Assembly: GCA_009995385.1 (NCBI GenBank)
Contig: JAACPT010000002.1
Coordinates: forward strand, 759-64,758
Direction of reading: 5' to 3'
From: Candidatus Parcubacteria bacterium
GTDB lineage: Bacteria > Patescibacteriota > Minisyncoccia > Phycocordibacterales > UBA918
DNA length: 64,000 bases
Each line of letters starts with the position of its first letter. Position 1 is the stretch's first letter. A program made the position numbers and the translations under genes. The notes below the pieces were generated by a model. The model saw nothing but the letters and a program-made list of their open reading frames with translations, searched no databases and had not been told where the DNA came from. This document shows, piece by piece, positions 43,711 to 53,834 of the stretch.

Positions 43711-44289
43711 TTACTCATCTTTAGAATGGCGGTATTCGAAACCTGCTTCGTCAAAGATAGCTTGCATGGTAGCTCGATCATTGGACTGTCGTGCGACACG
43801 CAATGCTTCACGCTGTTCTTCTGTAAACTGCGCAGCAGTTGGTACCAGATTCTCAAAATGACGCGGCCTTCTCATCATACCGACGCCAGGAACTACCTCT
43901 GACTTAGAGTCACGTAATTCATGCGCTTCACAAAACTGTTTAAAATCTGCCTCGGAAGTAACAATATCAGCGATTGGTAACCCGATTGTAGCCTTCCTAA
44001 AGGCTTCATAATCTTTATGTACGATAGCTTCGTGAATAGAATTCTTTGTCTCACTAGCGGCACGATGCATCGCGCGCAAATGATCATCAGTAATTCCCGC
44101 TGCCACCAAGCGGTCACGAGCAGCAATGTAATCACCAGCAGTACGTAGCTCTTGTGCTTTTTCGATAGCATTTTTTTGCACTTTAGTGAGCCCAGCTCGA
44201 TTAATAACTGGCGAACCACTATATGCATGGACACCAGTGGCGGTCACTGCAAACGCGGCGATGGCGATAAGTAACGATTTTGGTTGCAT
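43711..44289 (-). CDS. Hypothetical secreted helical protein
   Basis: Signal peptide MQPKSLLIAIAAFAVTATGVHA; internal repeat LTKVQKNAIEKA / FTEEQREALRVA. Confidence 0.75.
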   Translation of the reverse strand: MQPKSLLIAIAAFAVTATGVHAYSGSPVINRAGLTKVQKNAIEKAQELRTAGDYIAARDRLVAAGITDDHLRAMHRAASETKNSIHEAIVHKDYEAFRKATIGLPIADIVTSEADFKQFCEAHELRDSKSEVVPGVGMMRRPRHFENLVPTAAQFTEEQREALRVARQSNDRATMQAIFDEAGFEYRHSKDE

Positions 44290-44378
44290 ATAATTATGTT
44301 TCAATTAGTCTAATTTCCTATTGAGAGATTGTACAATCTCTACCCTTATTACTACGAAAGTCCCCTCTCTCACATTTC

Positions 44379-44415
44379 AAAGCGCCAGCATTCCATAATG
44401 GAATGCTGGCGCTTT
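44379..44415. terminator. Perfect 18-bp inverted repeat (1-nt spacer)
   Basis: aaagcgccagcattccat-a-atggaatgctggcgcttt. Confidence 0.6.
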
Positions 44416-44436
44416 CAAGACGTACGCAGATTGAGA

Positions 44437-44952
44437 CTAATTATTTCCACTGGTTTCGTAGAAATCCCACACTGCACCAAGCGTGGTCCACAAGGAACTC
44501 GAAACTTCCACTGCCGTTCCACAAGAATCAACACTATATGTTACTCCATTAAGGGTAATTTCATATTTTACGTCAATTCCATCAGTGTACGAATTACAAA
44601 AAGAGGGAGTAATTTGTTTTGATTGCACCAAAAGTGCCTCGGAAGTAACTGCTTTCCGTAGGCGCAACTGTAGCTCTCGTGAAAGTGTACCTTTACGGAT
44701 GACTTGTTCGGCTTCAGCTGCTGGCGTATAGAGGTAGCGGTACGAACCATCATCTTGAATCTGAAATGAGGGGCACATATTACGACAGCCGCCGTACACG
44801 TCTGCGACAATTACAAATTCTGATACCGTCTCGACATCAGGAGTCTTAATTTTTGAGACAAGACCAGCAAAGTTGGTAAGGTACAAATACCCACCCACCA
44901 AAAACCCCACCGAGAAGGTGATCAAAATACTCAACTGATCCGCTTTTTTCAC
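44437..44952 (-). CDS. Hypothetical membrane-anchored protein
   Basis: Probable GTG start 44952, 6 nt after TATAAT; N-terminal TM; paired Cys (GGCRNMCP, FCNS..DSCGT). Confidence 0.7.
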   Translation of the reverse strand: MKKADQLSILITFSVGFLVGGYLYLTNFAGLVSKIKTPDVETVSEFVIVADVYGGCRNMCPSFQIQDDGSYRYLYTPAAEAEQVIRKGTLSRELQLRLRKAVTSEALLVQSKQITPSFCNSYTDGIDVKYEITLNGVTYSVDSCGTAVEVSSSLWTTLGAVWDFYETSGNN

Positions 44953-45082
44953 CTCGTCATTATAGCGCACCGAGCAAGTATTAAAAGCAAAAAAATCATT
45001 GGTCATTCCTTGCTGGGATGGGCAATTTCTACCCATCCTTAAGATAGAAGTAAACTTTTAATACCTCATATCAAATTGATAT

Positions 45083-45385
45083 TTACTCATAGCTCACCAT
45101 GCTACACGGCGGAAAATTATTGCGATAATTTAGCCGAAGCTCTGAAAGTAAACCAAGAAAAGGGAGCATCGGCACAAAAAGAAGCATGAATGCAGTTATG
45201 TACCGTAGCACCGAATGTATTGTGCAAATCTCACTATGAGGAAGAATTGTGATTGCTGGAACAAAAATCAGATAATAGATAAGCATTGTGATAGGCGCAT
45301 AGACAAGAATAGCGAGTATGTTTTCTTGCACATAGACTTTTTCTATATAGGTACCAAATAGCACAACAAGCATTGATAAACTCAT
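45083..45385 (-). CDS. Hypothetical hydrophobic ORF (possibly a fragment)
   Basis: 100-aa hydrophobic ORF in an AT-rich segment beside the IS relic; no recognised motif. Confidence 0.3.
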   Translation of the reverse strand: MSLSMLVVLFGTYIEKVYVQENILAILVYAPITMLIYYLIFVPAITILPHSEICTIHSVLRYITAFMLLFVPMLPFLGLLSELRLNYRNNFPPCSMVSYE

Positions 45386-45409
45386 GTTTTCTAAGTAGCT
45401 GTAGGCGAG

Positions 45410-45809
45410 CGCTGAGATACATAGTATCGTCTCGGTGGTAACACCGACCGTTGATACAAAATAGCCATCCGACCAAAGACTGTCGGTTACCCCAATAGTA
45501 TTGTTTGAGCTCGGGAAATTGCCTGTTTGATGTTTCGGACGGTGTTGGTTTTAACGAGGCGAACCACTTCGCCTACAGATTTTTGTGATGGGGTAGAGAT
45601 TAAGATATGAATATAATCTTTGTCACAATTCGGCTTTTTGCTATATAGATGGTGAGATAGTGTTTGGTGACTTCAAGTAATTTACCGTAGAGGTATTTCC
45701 AGATCTGGTCAGTGATGACTGGATGTCGTTATTTGGTTGGACACACTAAGTGGCAATCAACAAAGATAGATGCTTGACTGGCACGACGACACTCGGTAAG
45801 TTTAGTCAT
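45410..45809 (-). pseudogene. tnpA: Decayed IS200/IS605-family Y1 transposase (TnpA)
   Basis: Frameshifted translation MTKLTECRRASQASIFVDCHLVCPTK*RHPVI.../DKDYIHILISTP..SVGEVVRLVKTNT.../FPELKQYYWG/..LWSDGYFVSTVG. It has an internal stop, a degenerate HUH motif (YIH) and the LW..GYFVSTVG signature. Confidence 0.85.
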
Positions 45810-45856
45810 CTCATTATGGTATCAGAGAGACGGTGAAACTAATACTGGAACTCCCT

Positions 45857-45883
45857 TCATCCCTGACTTTACGAGACGGGGTG
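45857..45883. mobile_element. Probable IS200/IS605 subterminal hairpin
   Basis: catccc...ggggtg imperfect stem-loop just upstream of the tnpA relic. Confidence 0.4.
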
Positions 45884-46123
45884 TTAGTGGAAAATAAATC
45901 CCACACATCCCATCTGACCCCTCTACCAACACAAAATCATTCAAGGTAAAATTAGAATCCGTCCAGCAGAAAAATCACTTTCGTCCTGCCAGTCTTATTT
46001 TTGATTAGCATTATTTTTCTCTCAAAGTTTTTTAAACTTTGTTGGATAAACGCAGTCGACTATCGAAATCTCATTTTAAAGTACTAACCAAAAGGCTTTC
46101 CTAAAAAGCGCTCTGTCTTGTAT

Positions 46124-46211
46124 TGGCGGAAGAGACAGGATTCGAACCTGCGAGAGGTTTCCCCCTACACGCTTTCCAAGCGTGCGCCTTCGACCACTCG
46201 GCCACTCTTCC
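46124..46211 (-). tRNA. tRNA-Ser (GGA)
   Basis: GGAAGAG acceptor stem; anticodon arm CACGC-TTGGAAA-GCGTG; long variable arm; GGTTCGAATCC; encoded 3' CCA; 88 nt. Confidence 0.97.
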
Positions 46212-46276
46212 CTATATTATTTTAATAGACGATTTTCGTCACGACTACCACCACCATTCGTAAATGTACCATGCTT

Positions 46277-47296
46277 TTATAGCATATCTTTTCTTCCAAT
46301 AACATCTTCTAGCAGTACCAAACTGCGCCACAATGGTCGAATCAATGAGAAGGCATAGTCTCTTATATTCTCAGGTTTGGTCGAACTAGTGCTAAAACCA
46401 ACCTTAATTGAAGACTCAGGTAAGAGCATATAAAATTTATTCGCTTTGATAGCAATCCGCATATTTAATTTATGTTCAAGCCACCAAGTATATAAGTCGT
46501 GCATGAATTCTGGTGTCAAAATCTCCCGTGCGGCTACCGGATCGATGGTTGCAACATGGAGCTTGTCTTCAAAATCATTCCACTCTAGTATGGTTTCTTT
46601 TATCAAGTTGCGTCCCAAAATGTCAGACCAAAATGTCCGATGAGCAAACCCCACCCGGTCGCTGTCAGTTGAGATGTACGTCTCTGCTGGATGCATAAAC
46701 GGCAATGTGGCGACAATAAATACTCCCTTAAAAAGTTCAATATTTTCTCCTTTGCTACTTCGACTAGATTGACTTTTGGTAGTAACAATGAGTTCTCGCA
46801 TTGAAAGTTCTGCCTCACCAAAGGCAGTGAGCATATCATCCGCAGTGACTTCAATATCTTCTACGGTCATAAGTAAAGAGTCTTTGAGTAGCGCAATCGT
46901 TTCATCCCGGTGGAAAATATTGTAGGTATACATCACTGTGCGATCAAGTGTCGAGGAAATAACTGGCATTAGCGCCATATTAATTTCTTTAGTAAGTAGC
47001 TGACTATCAGTAAACCAACGACGTGCAGACACCAGCACCACTAACAACCAAAGGATGGCACAGACGATAAAGATATTACGTACTACTTCTGATTTTCCGG
47101 CATCAATAAAGTAGAGTGAAAAAAGCACTGCAACTGCAAATGCGCCCGCTACCAAGGCGTAGCGTCGACTTCCCAGCACTGCCTCTCTTCGAACGTGCGT
47201 AGAAGAGATAAAATCACCATAACTGGTAAGTAAAACTGCATCAAATCGTTGTTTGAGTGCTTCCGTATCGGGAATTTTTTGTTTGAGTCGACTCAT
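46277..47296 (-). CDS. DUF3137-like membrane protein
   Basis: Two N-terminal TMs; LFKGVF; LEWNDFE...V...DPVAAREILTPEFM. Confidence 0.7.
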   Translation of the reverse strand: MSRLKQKIPDTEALKQRFDAVLLTSYGDFISSTHVRREAVLGSRRYALVAGAFAVAVLFSLYFIDAGKSEVVRNIFIVCAILWLLVVLVSARRWFTDSQLLTKEINMALMPVISSTLDRTVMYTYNIFHRDETIALLKDSLLMTVEDIEVTADDMLTAFGEAELSMRELIVTTKSQSSRSSKGENIELFKGVFIVATLPFMHPAETYISTDSDRVGFAHRTFWSDILGRNLIKETILEWNDFEDKLHVATIDPVAAREILTPEFMHDLYTWWLEHKLNMRIAIKANKFYMLLPESSIKVGFSTSSTKPENIRDYAFSLIRPLWRSLVLLEDVIGRKDML

Positions 47297-47304
47297 GACT
47301 ACTT

Positions 47305-48195
47305 TTACATTTCACGCAGACGTCGAATGCGGTCTGAAGCTAGTGGATGGGTTTGAAATAATCCACTAATCTTTTGACCAATACCCTGCTTCCCAGTTTG
47401 AAGTGGATCAGAGATGAATAAATGAGCGGTAGCGTGTGAAGCGTGACGCATTGGCTGTGCATGGGCACTTATCTTTTCAAGAGCTGAAGCTAATCCTTCT
47501 GGGTAGCGAGTAAGGAGAGCACCGGTGGCATCAGCTAGATATTCACGCTTACGTGAAATAGCGAGTTGGATGAGTTTGGCAGCGATTGGTGCCAAAATGA
47601 TACCGACTATACCGATAATTAAAAAAGCTGGATGGCGATCGCGATTGTTTCCACCGCCAAATAACAATGATCGAGTAAAAAAATCAGCGATGATAGCGAC
47701 AAAACCAGCCAAGACGACCGCGACTGTCATGACGAGCATATCGCGATTTCCTACATGAGAAAGTTCATGCGCCATAACCCCTTCGAGTTCAGTACGATTA
47801 AGGATTTGCAGTAATCCTGTGGTAGCAGCAACAACTGCATGTTCAGGATCTCTCCCCGTTGCAAACGCATTTGGTGAAGGGTCATCTACAATATAGACTC
47901 TTGGCATCGGTAGCCCTGCAGTAATTGAAAGGTTTTCTATAATATTGTACAACTCTGGAGCTTCAGCTTTTGTCGCCGGTTTGGCATTCGTCATCTTGAG
48001 TACTAGCTTGTCTGAATACCAGTAGCTACCAACACTGGTAAATATCGCGACAAAGGCACCTATGTACAGAATGAACGGGTTGCCCATATACCATGCCACG
48101 GCGTAGCTGATAGCAATGACTAGCACCAAAAACGTACCCATAAGCGCGATGGTCTTTGTCACATTACTTGATTGTTGCGTATAGAGCGTTGCCAT
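47305..48195 (-). CDS. htpX: HtpX-like M48 zinc metalloprotease
   Basis: PNAFATGR; ELEGVMAHELSHV; SRKREYLAD; LASALEKI; THP...RI. Confidence 0.93.
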   Translation of the reverse strand: MATLYTQQSSNVTKTIALMGTFLVLVIAISYAVAWYMGNPFILYIGAFVAIFTSVGSYWYSDKLVLKMTNAKPATKAEAPELYNIIENLSITAGLPMPRVYIVDDPSPNAFATGRDPEHAVVAATTGLLQILNRTELEGVMAHELSHVGNRDMLVMTVAVVLAGFVAIIADFFTRSLLFGGGNNRDRHPAFLIIGIVGIILAPIAAKLIQLAISRKREYLADATGALLTRYPEGLASALEKISAHAQPMRHASHATAHLFISDPLQTGKQGIGQKISGLFQTHPLASDRIRRLREM

Positions 48196-48226
48196 ATATA
48201 TATTTTCTTTACACCGTTATTACGAT

Positions 48227-48616
48227 TTAGAGCGGAATTCCTTGCACACTTTCATTTGAACGGTACTCAACATCAGCCGACCAATTAAGAAAATACCCAT
48301 GCTTGTAACTACCCTTTTTTATCAAATTGTCTTTACGAAACTCAATTAGTTCTTCTTTACTTATTTCGAGCTGGCGGATAAGCGTCTCTAGCACCACCAT
48401 CAAGTCACTATATTCTTCCAAGAACTCTTCCTTACTACGGCTCATCGAGAGAGAAGCTGCTTCTTCTTTAATCTTTTTAAAGAGTTCTTGTTGCAATTCT
48501 TGCACGTCAGTAATTTTGCGGTAGTCGCACTGCTGGTGTTTGGCTTCAATTTTGGCTGGTACATTGTCACGCACCAACTTGTTGTAGTACACACGATTAA
48601 TCTCAGACATGGACAT
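48227..48616 (-). CDS. MazG-like / PRA-PH-like nucleoside triphosphate pyrophosphohydrolase
   Basis: YNKLVRDNVP...KIKEEA...LEEYSDL...K.IKKGSY..GYFL. Confidence 0.8.
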   Translation of the reverse strand: MSMSEINRVYYNKLVRDNVPAKIEAKHQQCDYRKITDVQELQQELFKKIKEEAASLSMSRSKEEFLEEYSDLMVVLETLIRQLEISKEELIEFRKDNLIKKGSYKHGYFLNWSADVEYRSNESVQGIPL

Positions 48617-48643
48617 AATAATACTATGAGTTGGGCAAGAAAC

Positions 48644-50359
48644 CTACCAAGATCCCCCACCTCCTCCCCCCCCACCGCCACCTGAGTGACCACCACCACT
48701 CGAGCTGGAAGCGCCCGAAGATTTTGCTAAGGCGGTTGAAAAAGCACCAATACTGTTAGTCAGAGCAACGGCATTAAATCCACTTCCAGAAGCTGAATTA
48801 TACCAATTTGGTTGCTCAATCTGGATATCTTTGAATACATGGGACCATTCTTTTTCTACACCAAACGCGATAGCATACGGCAAATATTCCATAAACTGCT
48901 TCGGACTCAGTGCTGGTGCGTTATGAAACATATAGCGTCCTTTTTCCGTGACGGAGAGATAATCTTTGAATCCTTTAAGGTAATTGAAAGCTTCGTACCC
49001 TTTCTCCGTGCGTCGCTCAAAACTAGCAACGAGAAGTACCATCGCTGTTATCCAAATACAAATATTAAATATGGTACCAAACGGTGACAGTGACAAAAAA
49101 TGAGGACTAGTAATAATGAGTGCGGTAGCCAGAAATACTCTGGCAGCGCGCCCAATTACTTGCTCCAATAACCCTTGCTTAACCAACTCAGCAACCACTG
49201 ACTTTCGTAGTGCCTGAATAGTCGCCATATTTTTACGAAGCTGTGACTGATCAGATTTTATATCAGATATCTTTTTAGTTACCCCAACTCCCGTGATCGG
49301 GTTAAAAATCAATGTAAGTACCTGCCTTTGGAACTTAGTCTCAATCTGATCTAAAGGACGTAGCAACGTTACTTCATAATCAGTCACACCAAACAACCAC
49401 CCTACTTTGTGAGTGGTCTGTCTTATCGAAATGAATCCCTGTTGTGCTGAGTACACAATTGCGGCAGTAATATCACGAGCATCTAACCGATTATCAAAAA
49501 GAACACCAGTGAACATCGGTTTGAAATCCGGTAACGGTTCATACTGCGGAATAATGGTACGAGAAGGTCTAAACGCCACTCGCCAGCGGTAAATCCACAA
49601 ACAAAGAAATGTAAACCACGCAAAAAACCCGATCAGCCCCAACCAGGCGTGATTAGTTTTTTCTAGAATAGGCGGTGCTACCGCAAGTTCCAGTGACTGT
49701 GCGATGGTTAAATTGTATCCAGGAAATATGTTTTTTTCACTAAATAAGACGGCAGTATTTTTTGGTTCAATAGAATCGCAACGTTCAGAAGAACCCTGCG
49801 GACCTGCGTAGCAATATTGATCCGACAGCAACTGTACTCCTGCTGCTACGCTAACTTTAGCAGAGGCTGCTTCTATAGTCGTAGGCCAATCATCACCAGT
49901 CACATTCCAGTACAATTCTACTGTCTCGGGGTACTCAGCTAGTCCGCCTTTGACCGCATACACAATCTGGTAAATGTGTGGACCGGTAATCTGTTTATTA
50001 GCATCACCAACTTTGAGTGACAAACCATTATATGGTTCCGTGGTATATGGCTCAGACAAACCATCTCTCGTCACCGAAACAAGCGTAAGTTCAATATAGC
50101 GAGTCTTGTACCAGGCCGTCGATTTTTGTGGGTGCACATCTTTGACTTTACGGAAGATGCCGTGCCGAAATTCTTGCCCAAAATCATACACGATGGTTTC
50201 TGTTACCAAAAATGACCCATCATCATTAATGAGAATATCTGAATCAAAAGAACGAATGACCTCAGCTTGAGCAGACGCAAAAAGCGCCACCCAAAGGGTG
50301 GCACTCATAAGTAGCAAAACAGCAATGTTTCTTGCGGTCAGTGCTACCGAATGAAACAT
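48644..50359 (-). CDS. DUF2207 family membrane protein
   Basis: I.SFDSDI.I..DGS..VTETI.Y.F....HGIFR; ELYWNVTG..W; YLPYAIAFGV; C-terminal SGGGHSGGGGGGGGGGSW. Confidence 0.9.
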   Translation of the reverse strand: MFHSVALTARNIAVLLLMSATLWVALFASAQAEVIRSFDSDILINDDGSFLVTETIVYDFGQEFRHGIFRKVKDVHPQKSTAWYKTRYIELTLVSVTRDGLSEPYTTEPYNGLSLKVGDANKQITGPHIYQIVYAVKGGLAEYPETVELYWNVTGDDWPTTIEAASAKVSVAAGVQLLSDQYCYAGPQGSSERCDSIEPKNTAVLFSEKNIFPGYNLTIAQSLELAVAPPILEKTNHAWLGLIGFFAWFTFLCLWIYRWRVAFRPSRTIIPQYEPLPDFKPMFTGVLFDNRLDARDITAAIVYSAQQGFISIRQTTHKVGWLFGVTDYEVTLLRPLDQIETKFQRQVLTLIFNPITGVGVTKKISDIKSDQSQLRKNMATIQALRKSVVAELVKQGLLEQVIGRAARVFLATALIITSPHFLSLSPFGTIFNICIWITAMVLLVASFERRTEKGYEAFNYLKGFKDYLSVTEKGRYMFHNAPALSPKQFMEYLPYAIAFGVEKEWSHVFKDIQIEQPNWYNSASGSGFNAVALTNSIGAFSTALAKSSGASSSSGGGHSGGGGGGGGGGSW

Positions 50360-50369
50360 GGTCTCAAGG

Positions 50370-51026
50370 TTAGAAACTCACTTTCACGGGTTCTCGTTCC
50401 TGACTATTCTCACCAAGCTCGAAGAACTGTTCTGCTTTGAAATTGAAAGTACTTCCAATAACATTTGATGGGAATGATTGCAACGCGATATTAAGATCGC
50501 GAACATTTCCGTTATAGAAGCGGCGAGCAGCTTGAATCTTATTTTCAGTGTCAGAAAGTTCTCGCTGTAGTTCGAGGAAGTTGGTGTTAGCTTTAAGGTC
50601 AGGGTAGTTTTCAGCAATGGCGAGCAAACGTCCCAGCGCTCCCGTAAGAGCTGATTCGGCGCCTGCCATCGCAGCAATCTGGTCAGGAGTAATGTTAGCA
50701 GGATCAATGTGTGTTGCGGTCGCCTGTGCACGAGCTTGCGTCACTTGGTCGAGAGTCTCTCGTTCGTGTGCAGCGTACCCCTTGACGGTCTCAATGAGGT
50801 TTGGAATCAGGTCGTACCGACGTTTAAGTTGTACATCAATGTCCGCCCACGCTTCCTTAGCCCGTTGAGTGAGCTTCACGAAACCGTTGTACGCAGAAAT
50901 AACCCAGATAACAAGGACAATTACTAACGCCGGCAGACTAAACTCCCAAGGTGATATCCCGAGAAAACCTGTTAATAGCGAACCGATAACAATAGCGATG
51001 ATTAGGTAATTCCACGTTGCGTTCAT
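50370..51026 (-). CDS. lemA: LemA family protein
   Basis: AWADIDVQLKRRYDLIPNLIETVKGYAAHE; ENYPDLKA..NFLELQ.EL..TENKI..ARRFYN. Confidence 0.95.
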   Translation of the reverse strand: MNATWNYLIIAIVIGSLLTGFLGISPWEFSLPALVIVLVIWVISAYNGFVKLTQRAKEAWADIDVQLKRRYDLIPNLIETVKGYAAHERETLDQVTQARAQATATHIDPANITPDQIAAMAGAESALTGALGRLLAIAENYPDLKANTNFLELQRELSDTENKIQAARRFYNGNVRDLNIALQSFPSNVIGSTFNFKAEQFFELGENSQEREPVKVSF

Positions 51027-51061
51027 AAGTATGAAAATTAAATATAACTATGACATTGTAG

Positions 51062-51097
51062 CACAAAAAAAAGCCATGTGAATGACTTTTTTTTGTG
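51062..51097 (-). terminator. Terminator after groEL
   Basis: cacaaaaaaaagccat-gtga-atgactttttttgtg imperfect hairpin. Confidence 0.55.
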
Positions 51098-51114
51098 TAG
51101 TTTATGAATGTACT

Positions 51115-52770
51115 TTAATACATTCCACCACCCATTCCTCCCATGCCACCCATATCAGGCATCGACGGTTTGTCTGGTTCTGGTGCATCAGCCACGGCTG
51201 CTTCGGTAGTAAGTAAGATCGCTGCTGCTGACACCGCGTGTTGTACGCCGGCTCGAGCTACTTTAGCTGGGTCAATGATACCAACCTTAATCATGTCTTC
51301 CACCATCTCTGCCTTTGCAGCATCATACCCAGCGTTACCGCCCGCACTTTTAACTTTTTCTACAATCACGGCACCATCGTGTTTGCCCGTATTATCAACA
51401 ATTTGTTTAAGTGGTACTTCAAGCGCTTTAAGCACAATGTTGTACCCAATCATCTCTTCGCGGGCGAGATCCTTTTTTGCTAACAGCTCTTTTTCTACAA
51501 TACCTGCTGCTCGAGCTAATGCCGTACCGCCGCCTGGTACAATTCCTTCTTCAATCGCTGCTTTGGTCGCGTTAACTGCATCTTCAATTTTGAGTTTAAG
51601 GTACTTCATCTCAGATTCAGTTGCAGCACCGACTCGGATTACTGCTACACCACCGGAAAGTTTTGCAATTCGCTCTTCCAGTTTTTCCTTATCAAATTTT
51701 GAAGATGACTGTTCTAATTGTGCCTTTAATGCACTTACTCGATCAGCGATAGCAGTCTTTTCACCTGCTCCTCCAACAATAGTAGTGCTTTCTTTGGTAG
51801 CAATGACTCGATCTGCTTTACCAAGCTGTGCCAGCTCCACATTTTCAATTTTCAAACCAACTTCTTCTGAGATAACCTGACCACCAATTGTCGTCGCAAT
51901 GTCTGCTAGGATTTCTTTCTTTCGATCACCGTACCCTGGAGCTTTTACTGCCAAGACAGAGAAACCACCTTTCAGCTTATTGACCACAAACGTCGCCAAG
52001 GCTTCTCCTTCAACATCATCAGCAATAATGACAAGTTCTTTTTTGCCCGTCTGAGCAATTTTCTCAAGCAGCGGTAAAATCTCTTGGACACTTGATATTT
52101 TTTTGTCAGTGATAAGGACTTGAGCATTTTTATACTCCGCTTCCATTCGCTCGGCATTAGTCACCATGTATGGCGAAACATACCCTTTGTCAAACTGCAT
52201 CCCTTCGGTGAGTTCAGTTTCAATACCAAATGACTGTGACTCTTCTACTGTCACCACGCCATCCTTACCTACCTTGTCGATAGTCTCCGCAATCTTTTCA
52301 CCCAATTCAGCATCCTCAGCCGAAATAGTCGCCACTTGCTTTATCTCTGCAATCGAAGAAATCTTCGTCGCCATTTTCTTAAGTGTCTCAACAACATCTG
52401 TAGCAGCGTGCTCCATACCATGCCGTACTGCCATCGAATTGATGCCCATTGTGGTCTGACGAAGCCCTTCATTAACGAGCGCTTGTGTGAGCACTGTGGC
52501 GGTAGTAGTACCGTCACCCGCTAGTTCGTTGGTTTTAGTGGCAACTTCCTTGATAATTTCAGCCCCCATGTTTTCAAACTTGTCCTTGAGGGTGATTTCC
52601 TTGGCAATTGATACACCATCATTGGTTATCGTTGGACCTCCAAATCCTTTATCAAGGATGACATTACGTCCTCGTGGACCAAGCGTTACTTTCACGACAT
52701 TCGCTACGGTGTCAACTCCTCTCTGGAGTTTTTTCTTTAATTCTTCACCAAAAATTACTTCTTTTGCCAT
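51115..52770 (-). CDS. groL: Chaperonin GroEL
   Basis: TLGPRGRNV; [11 protein letters not shown]; AGDGTTTAT; GMQFDKGY; C-terminal [11 protein letters not shown]. Confidence 0.98.
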   Translation of the reverse strand: MAKEVIFGEELKKKLQRGVDTVANVVKVTLGPRGRNVILDKGFGGPTITNDGVSIAKEITLKDKFENMGAEIIKEVATKTNELAGDGTTTATVLTQALVNEGLRQTTMGINSMAVRHGMEHAATDVVETLKKMATKISSIAEIKQVATISAEDAELGEKIAETIDKVGKDGVVTVEESQSFGIETELTEGMQFDKGYVSPYMVTNAERMEAEYKNAQVLITDKKISSVQEILPLLEKIAQTGKKELVIIADDVEGEALATFVVNKLKGGFSVLAVKAPGYGDRKKEILADIATTIGGQVISEEVGLKIENVELAQLGKADRVIATKESTTIVGGAGEKTAIADRVSALKAQLEQSSSKFDKEKLEERIAKLSGGVAVIRVGAATESEMKYLKLKIEDAVNATKAAIEEGIVPGGGTALARAAGIVEKELLAKKDLAREEMIGYNIVLKALEVPLKQIVDNTGKHDGAVIVEKVKSAGGNAGYDAAKAEMVEDMIKVGIIDPAKVARAGVQHAVSAAAILLTTEAAVADAPEPDKPSMPDMGGMGGMGGGMY

Positions 52771-52787
52771 ATCGTTAAGAATTTTAA

Positions 52788-53120
52788 TTACTTAGTAAAG
52801 ATTCCCAGAATACTTGCTTCAGAGACAATAAAGTACTCCTTATTTTCAAATTTGAGTTCATCAAACCCGTATTTAGAGAATACTACTCGGTCGCCAACTT
52901 TAACTTCCAAAGGAATACGTTTTTCACCATCTTCATCCCATTTACCCGGACCAGTAGCAATTACCATCCCTTGCTCAGGCTTCTCTTTTTTTGCCGTATC
53001 AGGAATGATAATTCCAGACGCTGATACGGTTCCTAACTCTTCCTCGGTAAGTGGTCGGACGATCACTCGGTCACCCAGTGGGCGAAGCGGGCTTTCGTCT
53101 TTCTTTGTATCTACTGACAT
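52788..53120 (-). CDS. groS: Co-chaperonin GroES
   Basis: [10 protein letters not shown]; [14 protein letters not shown]; [12 protein letters not shown]. Start ATG 53120. Confidence 0.97.
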   Translation of the reverse strand: MSVDTKKDESPLRPLGDRVIVRPLTEEELGTVSASGIIIPDTAKKEKPEQGMVIATGPGKWDEDGEKRIPLEVKVGDRVVFSKYGFDELKFENKEYFIVSEASILGIFTK

Positions 53121-53320
53121 AACAAAATAATTAAGAACTACTGCTAAAAACTCTTCATAATCTACCATTTACGACACCAAAAACAGTCTATGCAGCTCAC
53201 CGCCAGCATGTTCTCCCTAGGCAGGTAGAATCTGCTGAGAGGAGTCTGCATAAATTCAGCATAATCGCAGCTTTGCTGCTCGATGCTTCATTTAATCCCG
53301 TCGCGTCGGTATTATACCGA
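53121..53320 (-). promoter_or_regulatory. groESL promoter (-10 TATAAT inside a palindrome) and ~185-nt structured leader
   Basis: Plus-strand tcggtat-t-ataccga (53306-53320) contains the minus-strand TATAAT. Hairpins at 53258-53287 and 53189-53252. Confidence 0.5.
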
Positions 53321-53498
53321 TAGATAGATAAGTATGCAAAATAAAAGCCTCCGCCGTGAAATTCTCTCAGAGACTTTCTTTATAGGTAGACATAGACTGA
53401 AATCAATTAATCACTTCCTCTGAATCCCAATCCTTTTACCCTTACATCCTCTTTTCCTCACTTGCTTACTCCCCTTCTTTCTGCTACTATCTTCCGGC

Positions 53499-53738
53499 AT
53501 GAATATTATCGATTCGGTGCTCCCTGCACTGCCGTATATCCAGATAATCCTCTCCGTCCTCCTCGTTGCCGCAATTCTTTTGCAACAACGTGGTTCAAGT
53601 TTGGGAGGGGCATTTGGAGGTGACAACTTTAGCTCTGCATTCCATAAGCGTCGTGGTGCTGAACTCTTTTTGTTCAAGTTCTCGATCGGAATCTCTATCC
53701 TATTTGTCCTTTCGGCTTTTCTCAACATCCTTGCCTAA
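53499..53738 (+). CDS. secG: Preprotein translocase subunit SecG
   Basis: ILSVLLVAAILLQQRGSSLGGAFGG...RRGAELFL..TM. Confidence 0.93.
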   Translation: MNIIDSVLPALPYIQIILSVLLVAAILLQQRGSSLGGAFGGDNFSSAFHKRRGAELFLFKFSIGISILFVLSAFLNILA

Positions 53739-53834
53739 TCGGTTGGAGTGTAGGGTTTACTGATGTATACACAAAAATGACTACGGTCGTTACCTTTGTC
53801 TGTATAAACATTCGTAAATCATTCTCATTACAGC

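Noticed and set aside
51143-51880. 245-aa plus-strand ORF, and similar long antisense ORFs (41489-42019, 54773-55408)
   Set aside because: They are antisense to groEL, typA and the substrate-binding protein gene and have no independent evidence.
53130-53150. CIRCE half-site (TTAGCA) near groES
   Set aside because: Only 6 bases match and there is no second arm.
53475-53500. SRP RNA-like CCGGAAG..AGCAG near secG
   Set aside because: There is no surrounding helix, and it overlaps the secG promoter and start.
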